DNA of 248,000 nucleotides from Octopus vulgaris (lineage: Eukaryota): contig OX597817.1 of the NCBI GenBank assembly GCA_951406725.2, positions 117,820,001 through 118,068,000 on the forward strand. The letters are read 5' to 3'. A program made the position numbers and the translations under genes. A model generated the notes under the pieces. That model saw only the letters and a program-made list of their open reading frames with translations. It did not search any database and was not told where the DNA came from. Below are positions 1 to 13,999 of this stretch, in pieces. Numbering within the stretch: position 1 is the stretch's first letter; every line of letters begins with the position of its first letter.

Positions 1-220
1 CTCACATACACAGAGGCAAGTGCACCTTCATTGCGGGATCACCAGCATTTTATTATTTCCCCTTCTTCCTAGCTCTCCTATTCAACTAGCATTTTCCAAC
101 CAGTAGTTATGATTGACCTCTAAATCGACAAGTTTGTTTCTATTCTCTTTTTGTTCCTTTCTCCTCATGTTCCTTTCTGTTGAAGAGCGTTGGCTCGAAA
201 TGTAAAAGACTTTCTCAATT
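1..220 (+). mobile_element. Short non-coding repeat (family D) carrying an HHR-like motif; related copies at 74520-74790 and 239385-239500
   Basis: Shares cttcctagctctcct...tcctttctgttgaagagYgtWggctcgaaa blocks with 74530-74710. Confidence 0.55.
173..208 (+). ncRNA. Candidate minimal hammerhead ribozyme, A6U core variant
   Basis: CTTT-CTGTTGA-A-GAGC(GTTG)GCTC-GAAA-TG-TA-AAAG: stem I CTTT/AAAG, 4-bp stem II, GUA triplet. Confidence 0.45.
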
Positions 221-522
221 CCAGAGCTTATATATATATATATATATAACTTTTTATAAAACTGTGCATCATTAGAAAGCATTTTAAGTCTGCTTATAAT
301 TTGACTTTAAATTTCATAGAACTCACTCCTAATACTTCATGAGGATAGTCAAACTCGCTAGGATGTCTGGAAAACATATATGTGATTTCGCTGATGACTA
401 CTGGACATTTGTATTTGCTGCAATATTTGCAGCTTTAAATAAAATTGTTCTTAGTATGAAACAATTGTACTAAACTACTAATCCATTCTTGTTGCTTTTT
501 TCTTGGTTATATACATATATGA

Positions 523-572
<50 letters not shown>

Positions 573-1403
573 ATGTATGTACATGTACATGTATATGTAA
601 ATATACATGTATCTATGTATGTATGTTTCGCTACATGAAGCTGCTTACTTAACAATTGTTATTTTCTCATTCATATAAAAATGTATAATTTGGCCCTGTA
701 ATTACCTTAAGATCATATAAGAACGCTGTGCGGTGTACTACTGGAGGTTAGAAATAGTGCTCATTAATAAGTACAAATATATTTACTTTTAACAACTGGT
801 CCTTGGATATGCCCTGGTAATGCAAATCGTTACGTGTATGCATTACATATGTGTTTGTGAGTGGGTGTGTATATATACTAAATTCAAATTTAAATTCCAC
901 TTGCTATAAATAGAGCCATCATTCCAAAACCAATAATACCCACTATTAAAACTCACTATGCACTGAACATAACATAACACTATGCACTGAACATAACAGA
1001 AGCAGGCTTACATTGAGTGGAATACAGAAGTAAGGAATGTGTATATCTCAGGATGAATTGATTGCACTTCTTATATGAAAATTCATACTCTGAGCTCATC
1101 AGCTGAAAATAACACTTTAACATCTATTTCTGAACTATTTGTCACATTACGTCGTGTACCTTCTTTAATTTTAAATGTCACCGCGACATTTAAAAAAAAC
1201 TTATCGTTTGCCAGTATAAATTTAAATTAAGTTTTGTTGTCTGTTTCGGTTATATTCATTGCATTGGCCGTGTATATTTTAATAGTGAGTATTGGTGGTT
1301 TCAGATCGATGAGCAAGTTTATAACAAGTGGTATTTAAGTACCCTATGGAATTTGAATTTAGTTTATATTTTACCTGTCAATGTGTAAACTTGCAAGACA
1401 CTA

Positions 1404-1482
<79 letters not shown>

Positions 1483-1514
1483 GATCATAATAATACTAAT
1501 TTAATTTGTATATA

Positions 1515-1606
<92 letters not shown>

Positions 1607-1740
1607 AATAAATGGTGGGGTTGTGTTGACCGCACGTGGAGAAATGATAAGCAAGGAAAAATTGCAAAAATGCAGAATGCTCGATTGAAAGAAAAATTTT
1701 ATGAAATGAGAAAATGAAAAAATATATAAATATATATTTA

Positions 1741-1778
1741 TTCAAACCGGTTTTCGTCATAGTTTGACTTATCAAGAA
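1741..1778 (-). ncRNA. Candidate minimal HHR in PLE pLTR, U3:A8 variant
   Basis: Minus strand TTC-TTGATAA-GTCA(AACTA)TGAC-GAAA-ACCGGT-TT-GAA. Confidence 0.6.
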
Positions 1779-2454
1779 TGAAAAGGTTTTTTAAAAATGA
1801 GAAAGGGGAAAAAAGTTGCATTGTTTTTTGCAAAAGAATAATAATAAATATGTATAAAAATTTTAAAATAAGTACTCCGATACATTGTGAGTTGGTTGTG
1901 TATCTTGAGTTTAATGAATGTTCACGAAAAAATTACCTTGAGGTATTAGGATCCAATGGGATTAAGGCCATGTGTTGTTTGGTTTAATTTAGGATGTTGG
2001 CAAAACAGGAAGTAGTAGTAATTGTGGTTCTTCAGTTCCTGTGTTGTGAATAAGGGGAGACAACTCTTTTGGGTTCTTCAATAAAGGCTGCTGATAAAAT
2101 CCCAAATTATAGAATTGACATTTTAGCTTCATTTGCATTATCTTTTTTATGTAATTGTTTGTTAATTTAACTTTCAGATTTTAACACTTTGTTTATATTA
2201 TTTTCTAATTATATAAATTTGCATAGACAATTGCATTTCAGATTGTTATATCATAAATAATAAAGATGATGGTAATAACAACAATAGTAAAAATGATATT
2301 TAAAGAATATAAGTTTTTGCTGGAAGTGATGAATCTATGGTATCCTTATATATTTGTGTGAGTCCATCCATGAAGAATGAGGTAGAAAAGGGAAGTTTGA
2401 TCAACGAGTAGTTTGTATATTAAGTTCTGTTTGGAATTTTTCAATAAAGATATT

Positions 2455-3468
2455 CTACTTGTTAATTCTCTCCTGTGTGGTGATGCCGTCTTTACATTGG
2501 TAGAAGGGGAATATATAGAATTTGGGGTTTAAGTCTTTAGCGCATGAGTCTATGTGGTCACTCAGTGGAATTTGTCGGTATTCCGGGAGATTTATTTGTT
2601 CTTTATGCACCGCTACCCGTTTACGTAACGGGAGACTCGTTTGTCCAACATAATTATGTTGGCAACCAGCGCATGTGAGAACGTAGATAAGGTTCTCGGA
2701 GGAACAGGAGAAATTAGTCTTGATTTTAAACTTCGTACCTTGTTTGAAGGTAAATTCAGAACTTTCAAGTAGGAGAGGGTATGTCCCACAGTTTGGGCGT
2801 GCACATTTTTTTACTGCTGGGGGTGGATGTGGTGTGTGAAGTTTGGCATTTGTCAAGATTTTTTTTAAAGATTTGTATTGCCTTTTACATTTGAGGATTT
2901 TGTGTGTATTTATAATGTTTTTCATTTTTGGGTCTGTTGACAGTAGACTGAGGTTTTGTATGATTGTGGGGTATGCTTCGATATTTTTGGGGTTGTGGGT
3001 GGAAATGTATGGAAGTATTTTGAGGTTGTGTATGGTGTTAGGTTGGGTAGTTTTCGGTGTAATGTTATCCAGTTCTTTGGCGCGTTTTATTCCATACTCT
3101 ATAACGGTGGAGGGATATTGGCGTTGTAATAGTGTTTTTTTGAGGTCTTGAAGGCGTATTTCTCGTGTATTTGGATCCAAGACGATGGTACATACCCTTT
3201 TAGCCAAATTGAAAGGGATATTTGTCTTGGTGTGTTTTGGGTGGCATGAACTAAAGAGGAGGTATTGTTGTGAGTCTGTGGGTTTGTGGTAGATGTCTGT
3301 TATGATTTGGTTCTTAGGTGCTTTTATAATTAGGAGATCAAGGAATGGTAGATGATGTTTGCTTAATTCCATAGTGAATTGGATGTTGGGATGTATGTTG
3401 TTTAGTAAGGTTTTGAATTCCAGGAGTTTTTCATAAGGTTCTTTCCATATGATGAAACAATAATCCAA
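2455..3468 (-). pseudogene. PLE RT thumb/linker/GIY-YIG endonuclease fragment (337 aa)
   Basis: DIYHKPTDSQQYL, CARPNCGTY (Cys linker), NLIYVLTCAGCQHNYVGQT (GIY-YIG). The catalytic DD is mutated to DY. Confidence 0.9.
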
Positions 3469-3550
3469 ATACCTTTTCCAGTTTTCCTTTATGTAGGTGT
3501 GGAAAACATGTCCAAATTTCTGGCGTGATATTTCATAGAGTATATATAGA

Positions 3551-3616
<66 letters not shown>

Positions 3617-4518
3617 TTTTACTCCTTATTCCTTTTTGCAGTCATTTGACTGCGGCTATCCTGGTGCACCACCTGTATGTTAATATACATACGCGTGTGT
3701 GTGTGTACACACGCATATGAGACGAACCTGAATTAACGAATTATTTTCAATACTCTAATTATATTCAAAGCATGGTAAATCCATTTTATAATCACTGTTC
3801 TTAAGAAATATGTGTTAATAAATATATGAATATTTATGATATTTATGATACAGTATATGAATTAATAGCTACAAAAGCTGTAACCAAACCAAATAGTAAT
3901 CTTGATCACTACCTTAACGTGGAGGTTCTGTTAAACCACAACCTACTGTGTACATTAGCATGGGAGTATCTCACAGAACTCTTGGTAATTCCTAGTTGTT
4001 AATGTCACTCGCAATTATATAACTGCCATACGTGAATCATCTCCTTCGACCCTGGAACTGCCAGCTCACAAGATTTCACCCTGCTATATATTTCTTAGAG
4101 GGAGATCTCCAGCAGTACAAAGACACCTGAGTGTCCAGTCCGAGAAATATAGAATCTCATTCTCTATTTAGGTACTGGTGTCGCAAATACCCAAAATGTT
4201 TATTGACATATAATTAATACCGATAGAAATAACATTGATTTGTAATGTAATCCAGATCTCCAAATTACGATGGAGGTTTTGTACGAACACAGAATACTGT
4301 GTTATTTACCACAAGAATAATTTACATTTGTACCCATGGTGTAAAAAGCACTTGTTATTATATGGTTGATAGACGAGAATTGTCTGTATTATATTAAATA
4401 CTTTCAATACACTGGTAAATATCTAATTCAGAATGATTCAATGATGCTTATATGTTATATGCAAGGAATGCATACATACAATTCACACTTGTATACATAT
4501 ACATATACATACACATAA

Positions 4519-4574
<56 letters not shown>

Positions 4575-4578
<4 letters not shown>

Positions 4579-4690
4579 ATCACGTGACCGACCAGACCAT
4601 TAGATGTTGCTACACATCGCTGGTCACAATGCGTTCGCATTGTTTTAGCCTTCAAATAACTTCACCCCGCTGGCTAAGCAAGCAGGCCAT
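4575..4690 (-). mobile_element. 3' fragment of a tRNA-SINE (family of 197535-197840)
   Basis: cacgtgaccgaccag...gctaagcaagcaggcc matches 197545-197650. Confidence 0.6.
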
Positions 4691-4713
4691 ATATATATAT
4701 AAATATATATATG

Positions 4714-4786
<73 letters not shown>

Positions 4787-5374
4787 AATTACTCATGGAT
4801 GAATGGGATTGACAATATTAATTTTATTAAATTGTTTGCAATCCTTTTAACTATTCACATTTGAAATAGTCTTGCGTCATGTCTATCGACGGCAATTATG
4901 CCTTTAATCATATACACTACGAATATCAGCTGGGATTAAATCAAAACAGCGGAACAAAATAATATGCACACTAATTCGACAATTTCGCTAATACACAGTA
5001 TACTCATCACCTTTCAAAAGTGCGCAGTTCTAAATAATATCTCTGTACGAATGGAAACTTAGGCAAAAAAGGTAAAAGAATATAGAAGAAAAATATGATG
5101 ACATTCTGTTCCATTCCACCTTCGTTACTTCGTTCTTAATTATATCCCCAACTGCGCTGTCGTCCATAAATGAAGTGGCTGGATGTCTCCGTGTGATAAG
5201 GACTGTCATGTTATCGTTGTTATGTATTGTCACCAGAACAACGGGCTTAACCTCTCAACCTCACAATTTTCACAATTATTCAGAGCAATTTACACACGCG
5301 TACGTTATTAGATACATGTGCATATATTGGGATAAGTATATGTATGCATATACACACATTTGTATATGTATGTG

Positions 5375-5444
<70 letters not shown>

Positions 5445-5622
5445 ATACTTAGGGTTCAGTAAAGATTTGCTTTACCGCATACCGAACCCTAATTATTAAA
5501 TATTACGTAAGTTTACCATGAAATGGTCCCTTTTACATGCCGAATTCTACTTGGTGAAATTATTGATTACTTCTTAATTAATTAATTTTACCCTTTGTTA
5601 TATGTAGATATATATATATATA

Positions 5623-5935
5623 TACTGGGGCAACTCAGAAATAATGCAGTTTTTTCAATTGCTTTCATCAAAAGTCGGAGGAGACGGGATAAACTATATG
5701 TATCAACTTGCTATAAAAGCAGGTAGTAATTTTACCTAATACTTGTTCTTAGTGCTGAAGGGTACATTTCCAGTGTGATCCTGACTGAACATCCTTGTAT
5801 ATAATTTATTTTTGAAATTTTGATTTTTGATTTAAGATCTTCTTCGATCTCACGTAATACGATTTTAAACCTATCATCATTGATTAGAAAAAAGTGTTAG
5901 TCGAAAGGACCAATGAAAAGGAAGCAATTTCAAAT
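5623..5935 (+). mobile_element. Mariner relic (left end)
   Basis: Similar to 100650-100760 (aaagtcgga...aagcaggta...), which is contiguous with mariner transposase remnants. Confidence 0.45.
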
Positions 5936-6155
5936 GTGTATCTGTTAGTGTAAATTTCATATTTTATACATACACTCTTTATTTTGTTCCATTTTCAATT
6001 TAAACTGTCCGACGAACGGGAACGTGAAATTCTGTGCAGCAGTTTATTGCGAATTTTCTTCTATGTTTTTGCAGCTTTAATAATAATAATAAAGCATATT
6101 ACTCTACCTCCGGTATAGGAGTCCTTGTTTCACATTTGCTTACGTTTGTGTGTGC

Positions 6156-6189
<34 letters not shown>

Positions 6190-6196
<7 letters not shown>

Positions 6197-6365
6197 ATCC
6201 AAACAAGAAAGCATAAAAAAACACAACAACGCGAGGACGTAACAGATATAGTATTATTAGAGGCTCAGGAAAGAAAGAAAGAAGGAGGGTTTAAGGTTTC
6301 GACCGGAACTCTTAGTCGGAAGCATAGGAAAAGGAAAGATCCAGAGAAGGGAAGACACAGGAAAT
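6190..6365 (-). mobile_element. HHR-bearing short repeat family A, degenerate copy
   Basis: Homologous to 16125-16340 (minus) and 128430-128640 (plus). Confidence 0.7.
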
Positions 6366-6393
6366 ACATATATATATTTAGAGAGAGAGGGAG

Positions 6394-6443
<50 letters not shown>

Positions 6444-6444
6444 T

Positions 6445-6639
6445 TATTATATAGAAGGAGCTTCTACAGGACTAGTACTGTTTCATTCAAGAGAAATCTT
6501 CAGGAAGCTTCCTGAAGATTTCTCTTGAATGAAACAGTACTAGTCCTGTAGAAGCTCCTTCTATATAATAAATTAATTTTACTCTGCTATGTATTGAGTA
6601 CCTTACTTACTGTGGTTAACCCCGAATCAACCCGGGACC

Positions 6640-6643
<4 letters not shown>
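6445..6643 (+). repeat. Perfect ~125-bp palindrome (6445-6570) of an HHR-like repeat (family B) plus a unique tail
   Basis: The arms are exact reverse complements centred on ggAAGCTTcc. The right arm reads CTGAAGA-TTTC(TCTT)GAAT-GAAA-CAGTACTAG-TC. A sister copy lies at 223965-224155. Confidence 0.75.
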
Positions 6644-6679
<36 letters not shown>

Positions 6680-8568
6680 TATGCAGACATAAATATACAT
6701 ATATATATACGCACATATATATATACACACATATACACAGATATATATGTATGTGCGCCAGCGCGTGTGTTATAAATACGAAATTCTCTCTGTTTGGGAG
6801 CCCGGTATTTCAGTCTAAATTTGCTTTAGATAGACATATACCTTCAAGATGATTTCAGGATTGCCCCTCATTTTTATTCTTGAACATCTAGCATTGGAAT
6901 CTAATTTTAAAGCATTTGAGTTACTATTTAGCCCACCGTAGGAGTCAACTCAAAAGTCTGCACGGAGTGCGGTATGTATGCGTGTAAGTGTGTGTGTGTG
7001 TGCATATTTATATATATATTTATATATATAGATGTGTATGCGCATGTTTGTAACCATGCGTGTGTGCATGAGTATCTGCATCAGAAATGGAAGGCTTTTG
7101 ATCTGCTTAGAATAAAAACTTCGCTGCAAATGATAGTCGATATAAATTTGTGTTAACACTGATTTGTATATTATAAATATACTTATTACATTTCTATTTG
7201 TACGCTTTTGTATTATATTTACTCTTGATATTCTACTGATTACTGATGAAAAGAATATATCATTATGATTAAATCTGTAAAAATACTACTTCAATCAAAT
7301 CAATATTACATTTACAGAGGTCACCTAATTGAATGTTAATATGAAATGTCTTCTTATTTGTATATATCAGATATATTTGCATTTAAAATCATTCAAATAA
7401 ACAACACTTAGAAACATGCATATATTTATATATTATATATTAGATAATAAAGCGAATGATTTATACCTTGTAGTTTATTAGTAATGCAAGGTCACTTTCA
7501 TACTGTTCGTTATGTATCTGGTTAATGAAATACGGGAGTTTTTATTAATCACTACAATTGTTTCGAAACCTCTTGCACGCGTGGGATACTTAACAACTGG
7601 AACTGGAGCATCCCACGGTTCAAATGTGTCTCTTCTGTTGATTAGCAGATACAACTTTTTAAAATAACAGTTCCGAAATGTATCTTCTTAGTTCTGTCGA
7701 AGAAAGGCAACAAATTAAAAGATGTTGCTTCATTTATGTAGAAGATCAATAGTAAAATAAAATAGCAGATTTAAAAAAGAAAGCAACACTCAATACAGCG
7801 AAAAACGTTCGTGTTGGAACAATTATTGTAGTATAATAAACTCACGCATCTTTCATCTTCCACCTCAAATTACCCAGATACTATATATACATACTCACGT
7901 GTATATATACGCTCATATATACGTGCTCATCCACGCACATATACAACATATTGAAACAATTAGACGTACACCCTGCCCACAGAATGATGCCTTACAATAT
8001 GTCCTTAGTTCAATAGTCATTCCCTTAAACAGTCATTACTAAGGCTAAAAAATACTAAGTCATTTAATAATATGGTGGATGGTCCTCAACTCTATCTTAC
8101 ATTAATATATTCTCAGAAACATTCGCAGGATTACATGCATGCTCTTTCAGACTTATATATCGTATAAGAAATTTTATGGGCTATATATATTGCAACTTTT
8201 TAATCGTTGAAAAGAATTCATTCAAAAATCATATCTTCAATTATTTATTTGCATTTTCCAATATTATTTTTGGTGGAACGTAATTTATTTTTTATTGTTT
8301 CATATTTATATTAGGTTATTTTGCAAAACATTTATGATATTATAAATTATGATCTTGGCTGAAAAAGAAATGTTTTGACCATTGAAATATATATGACATA
8401 TCTGTCTGGATTTCAACTACTTTCAAATAACTTAAATTTTTTAAAGATTTTTCGCAAGAAAACAACAGTGTTATATTTAAACATACACCAGAAGGTTTAT
8501 TATTTAGCTTGTTCTTTTGTGTCCCTACTCGTAAAGGATCAAATTTTGCACGATGAAATTGAGACATC

Positions 8569-9192
8569 GGATCTTTACTTTTTGACAGGCAGATTTTAAA
8601 TATAATTTTTTGTAACTAAACACTTTCAAACTTCGGACACTGGTAGAATGCGTCATATAAAACATATTTTACTCTTAGCGTTTTGAGAAACCATTATATT
8701 TAGGAGGTTATTTCACGATAAAGTTGTAGTATTTCGGTAATTTCAACCAATGATTGACGTGTATTCAGCTGAATAAAAGTACTGCCGTTGTTTGTCAACG
8801 ATAACTTCCGGCGGTGTATATTTCGTTTGTCAATGTTATTTATGACACCCCTAATCCTAAAACACTAAACCTAACCCTAAAACCTTAAAGCTAAAGTACA
8901 AACGCACGAACAATGTCATAAATAACAGTGTCAAACGAAAAATACACCGCCGATAGTTATTGTTGACAAACAACAATAGTAATTTTATTCAGCTGAACAC
9001 ACGTCATTCATTGGTTGAAATTACCAAAATATGACAACATTAACGTGAAATAACTTCCTAAATATAAGGTTTTCTCAAAATCACTAAGAGTAAAAGATGT
9101 TTTTATGACACAATCTGACAGTGTCCGAAGTTTGAAAGTGCTTAGTTACAAAAAATTATTTTTAAATTCTATCTGTCAAAAGGTAACGATCC
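8569..9192. mobile_element. MITE/fold-back element with ~280-bp imperfect inverted arms and a telomere-like spacer
   Basis: The arm ggatctttactttttgacagg...ttatgaca is matched by tgtcataa...ctgtcaaaaggtaacgatcc. The spacer contains ctaaacctaaccctaaaacc. Confidence 0.75.
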
Positions 9193-9805
9193 ACGATATC
9201 TTGGTTAGTATCTGACAACTGAACAAAAGTTATCAGCTATGAATTTTAGCCGCGAAATATTGAAATATTTGTTAGCATTATTACTTACTGGTTTTTAGCA
9301 CGCCGTGCAGAATATTTAGCAGTATATCCTTCGTTTTACGTTCTGAGCTTAAATTCCGCCGATGCCGAATTTGCCTTTCATAATTTCGGAGTCAATTAAA
9401 TAAGTACCAGTGCCGCTCTGAGCGGCAAATTTCAGTCCATGTGTTTACGATAGAAAAAAATATTACTTATTGGTTCGTATTCCTTCGATTTTCATTCATA
9501 TTTTGACAAATATTTTTGCATTGCCCTTTTAAATCTCTGCAAGTGCACGGGCGTGTGTGTGTGTGTGTTTCGATCCGTGTCTGCTTATATCGATGTTTGG
9601 CAATTAAAACTGACATTGGAAAAGAAATTGTTTTGAAAGGGTAGTTTTAATAACAAAATATCAATTATTTTAATGCTCAGAAACGTATTTTAGCCCTTTA
9701 TTCTCTTTAATTAGTATATCAATACAAAACTATTAAACAAACAAAAATACATACGTTCATACATACATACATAATACATACATACATACCTACATTCATA
9801 CATAC

Positions 9806-9864
<59 letters not shown>

Positions 9865-10477
9865 ACATTTCTATATGCTCTATGGATATATGGTGTTCGC
9901 ATGGTATGTATAAATATTCATAATCATGTACTTTTGGAAATGTGATACTCAGGATGTTAAAGTATATGGTAAATCGATCTATGGCTAAACTTTAAAACGA
10001 AAAAATAATATTTCATTCCCTTGCTTTTAACCTTTGTCTATGAAATAAATTAGATAATTTTAGACCCGTTCGGCATCTTCTTCTAGCTTGTGGCATCACT
10101 CAGTAGTTTCCATTATTATAATTTTATATAATTAAGCACTTCCTATATATATATATATATTTATGTAACATATGGTATAATTGTAAACAGGGCAAAGTTT
10201 ATCTATTCCACTGCAGACTGAATAAAATGACGAACAACCTTAATGGATTTTCGAACCTTATTGGGAACTCAACAGAGGCGTCTGCACAATTCTGATGATC
10301 TCCAGAGAAATAAACAGTCAAACTGTTTATATACTCAACAATGCAGCCAGTTGCTCTCTGAATGAGTCCCTAATTTGCATATAAAATTGTTTAACACTCT
10401 ATAAATACCACTGGCAAGTCAACGGGGATTTTAGTTCACACAGTATCAACGTATATACATGCATATATATGTATATA

Positions 10478-10581
<104 letters not shown>

Positions 10582-10647
10582 TATCTACATATACACACAT
10601 ATATATACATACACATACACAGACACACACACACACATATACACACA

Positions 10648-10705
<58 letters not shown>

Positions 10706-11534
10706 GCATATGCTCACGCGCATGCACATACACACGCGCACACACGTATATATATGTACTTATATGTACTTTTGGAAAGTATACAGCTTAATGACTTAAC
10801 AGATGTAGCAATTAAGCCAAGGTCTGCAACTTCGGGAGTAGGAAATACGCTGATTATATAGACACTAGTACCCCACTTATTTCATTCATAATAAAAACAT
10901 TAATGGTGAGCTTGTCATCGATGGTACTCTAACTCAGAATGTAAAGACAGACGAAATGCATCTAAGCATTGTGTTCGGTACGCTAATTGTTCAGCCAGCT
11001 GACCGCTCTAGCAACAATATTAATATATTTCAGCTTTAAAACCATTCTTACGTTCATAACCAATTGAATCCTCCTGAGAGAGTCCTTATGACGTGTGTTT
11101 GACTCTTCTTTATAGCACAAACTCCATTTTAAGAACAACTGTTTTTAAAACTAAATACTATAAAATTATATCCCAAATTCGGACTACATAAATACTGCAC
11201 GGTAAAGTACACACTAAGAAAACTTATTAAAAAATTGTTCATGAGTCCAGAGATGATTGTATGCGCGTGGACACATACAAACTTACACATACATAAACAC
11301 ACGCGTACACACACACATATTGAATATACTTGTAAAATAGGGATGCGTCTTATTCGAGAATGAGTCATATACATTTGCATCTATGTTTATTGTAGCTATG
11401 TCGGGTTCAAGAATAAAACTGAAGCCGTTTAACGATCTATAGTTTTTGCCTTGATGAGACAATATATATAAAGATACATTGTACATCAACTGTGAATAGA
11501 ATGTAAAGCTAGTTGAACAACATTATTTGATATT

Positions 11535-11741
11535 ACTCTTTTAATTGTTTCAGTCATTTGAGTGTGGCCATGGTGGAGTACTGCCTTTAGTCGAGCGAAT
11601 CGACCCCAGGACACATTCTTTGTAAGTCTAGTACTTATCGGTCTCTTTTGTCGAACTACTAGATTACGGGGGCGTAAAAACACCACCATCGGTTGTCAAG
11701 CAATGTTGGGGGGACAAACACAAACACATAAACACATACAC

Positions 11742-11799
<58 letters not shown>

Positions 11800-11983
11800 A
11801 TATGTATATATATATACACGACGGACTCAATGGGCTTCTTTCAGTTTCCGTCTACCAAATCCGCTCACAAGGCTTTGGTCGGCCCGAGGCTATAGTAAAA
11901 GAGACTAACCCAAGGTGTCACGCAGTGGGGATGAACCCGGAACCATGTAGTTGGTAAGCAAGCTACTTACCACACAGCCACTA
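11535..11983 (-). mobile_element. Octopus tRNA-derived SINE (OR-like)
   Basis: Head tggctgtgtggtaagtagcttgc...gggttcatccccactgcg, internal (TA)/(CA) tract, tail ...gaaacaattaaaagagta. Confidence 0.8.
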
Positions 11984-12134
11984 ATGTTAATTTTTTTCAC
12001 CTATTCCATTAACCAAACAGAACAAATTTAGCTAATAACCGTATACAAATCCTATGCCCATTTTAACAGACTCGCACACAAACACAAACACACATGTTGT
12101 CGCACACGTACAAAGCTCTATATATGGGCATATC

Positions 12135-12357
12135 TGTTCTTTTACTCTTTTACTTGCTTCAGTCTTTTTACTTCGGCCGTACTGGAGTACCACCTTTAGT
12201 CCAGGAAATCGACCCCAGGACTTATTCTTTGTAAGCCTAGTACTTATTCTATCGGTCTCTTTTGCCGAACCGCTAAGTTACGGGGACGTAAACACACCAG
12301 CATCGGTTGTCAAGCGATGTTAGGTTTGGGGCAAACACAGACACACAAACATAAACA

Positions 12358-12405
<48 letters not shown>

Positions 12406-12565
12406 TATGACGGGCTTTTTTCAGTTTCCGTCTACCAAATCCACTCACAACGCTTTAATCGGCCCGATGCTATAGCAGAAGACACTTGCCCAAGTTGCCA
12501 CGTAGTGGGACTGATCCCGGAATCATGTGGTTCGTAAGCAAGCTACTTACAACAAAGCCACGTTG
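12135..12565 (-). mobile_element. Octopus tRNA-derived SINE (OR-like)
   Basis: Same structure as 11535-11983. Confidence 0.8.
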
Positions 12566-12588
12566 TTATATAATGTGTGTGTGTGTGT

Positions 12589-12630
<42 letters not shown>

Positions 12631-13652
12631 CTGTGTGTGTGTGTACTATTGCTATATCTAATGCGTTTCATATTACTTCCATTTCAGAGCTCCTATACAC
12701 CCAATCCTGAGATGCTTGTTCTTTAATTTTGTAGTGATTTATGAGATCTGCAATCTAAATAAGGATAACAAAATAGGTGTATCATATAGACTATATGTGT
12801 TTCGTAGCGACATCGGAAAAATTTTTCTACCATATTTTGTTATATTATATATTTGAAAGGGCGGATTGCAATATTTTTCAATAAATATTAACGCATTTCA
12901 ACAATGTAGTTATTAAATGTATGTTTATTAAGATATAATACAAATTATATTTATGCATACAATGTGATGTACAGAGTGCACATTCTAAAAGTACCAGGTA
13001 CAATTCTCAGAAATTCCTTATGTTCAAAGGTTATGCATTAGATAGTGCAGTCACAGATAGCATAACTCGAGTACTTCTGATAATGGATTTCCTTGATAAT
13101 AGTTCTTCTGAAGTTAAACAAGATTAGCAGCATATTACATAAGAATATTTGGTTGCACGTGAAAATATAAGTAACATCAGCTACATAGTTAATAAAAAAG
13201 AAAGTGATGTATAAGGTGATTATCATAACGGCAACACCAGCAGGAATGGATTTATTTACTCAAGGGACTTCAAAGGAGGAAAAGACAATGAGTAAAACTA
13301 TTACTTTCTCTATTTTCTTTAACAGTAAATAGTGCAGTAGTATTCGGTTTAAACAGTATATTACGTCGGAACCATTTTATATGATATATTTCAAACCGAA
13401 AAAAAATGTGATTCATTATAAATTTATCATATCAAATAGGATAATTAAATTTTATAAGATTATTATTCGCGTTTGTTTTATTTCTTAATCATATATTCTC
13501 AATTTCTAAGGCATCTAATCCGAAACTTTCTACAGTGAAACAAGAAATACGCTCACTACCAAACATATTATACCAGATTATATAGATATCTGTAGCAGAT
13601 GATATACACACACTCAAACACACCCGTACACACAGATACACACACATATATA

Positions 13653-13683
<31 letters not shown>

Positions 13684-13702
13684 GAGAGAGAGAGAGAGAT
13701 AT

Positions 13703-13740
<38 letters not shown>

Positions 13741-13954
13741 TAATTTTATTACATATATATATATCAAATTAATTTATTTGTTCATTAATACAGAAACTTG
13801 AGATTGGGTTTAACTGTACATATTTGTTGTTTTCATTCTCTTTGGAATTACTTTTTTCGTGGTCTGTGTTTGGCTGCCCTATCTAGCATGTAAGACGTCC
13901 TGTAAAGTGTCATCTCTTTTATGTATAAATGCTATACACATTTTAAATATGAAC

Positions 13955-13999
<45 letters not shown>

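Larger units (their letters stand above)
1603..3540 (-). mobile_element. Penelope-like retroelement, 5'-truncated copy (same family as 66367-71598)
   Basis: RT C-terminus plus GIY-YIG ORF. The 3' UTR matches 66370-67130 and 18180-19055. Ends in ...ccatttattgatc next to a TA/GA microsatellite. Confidence 0.93.

Noticed and set aside
8845-8890. Possible interstitial telomere array
   Set aside because: Only one or two perfect CCCTAA units lie inside a MITE spacer; it is not an array.
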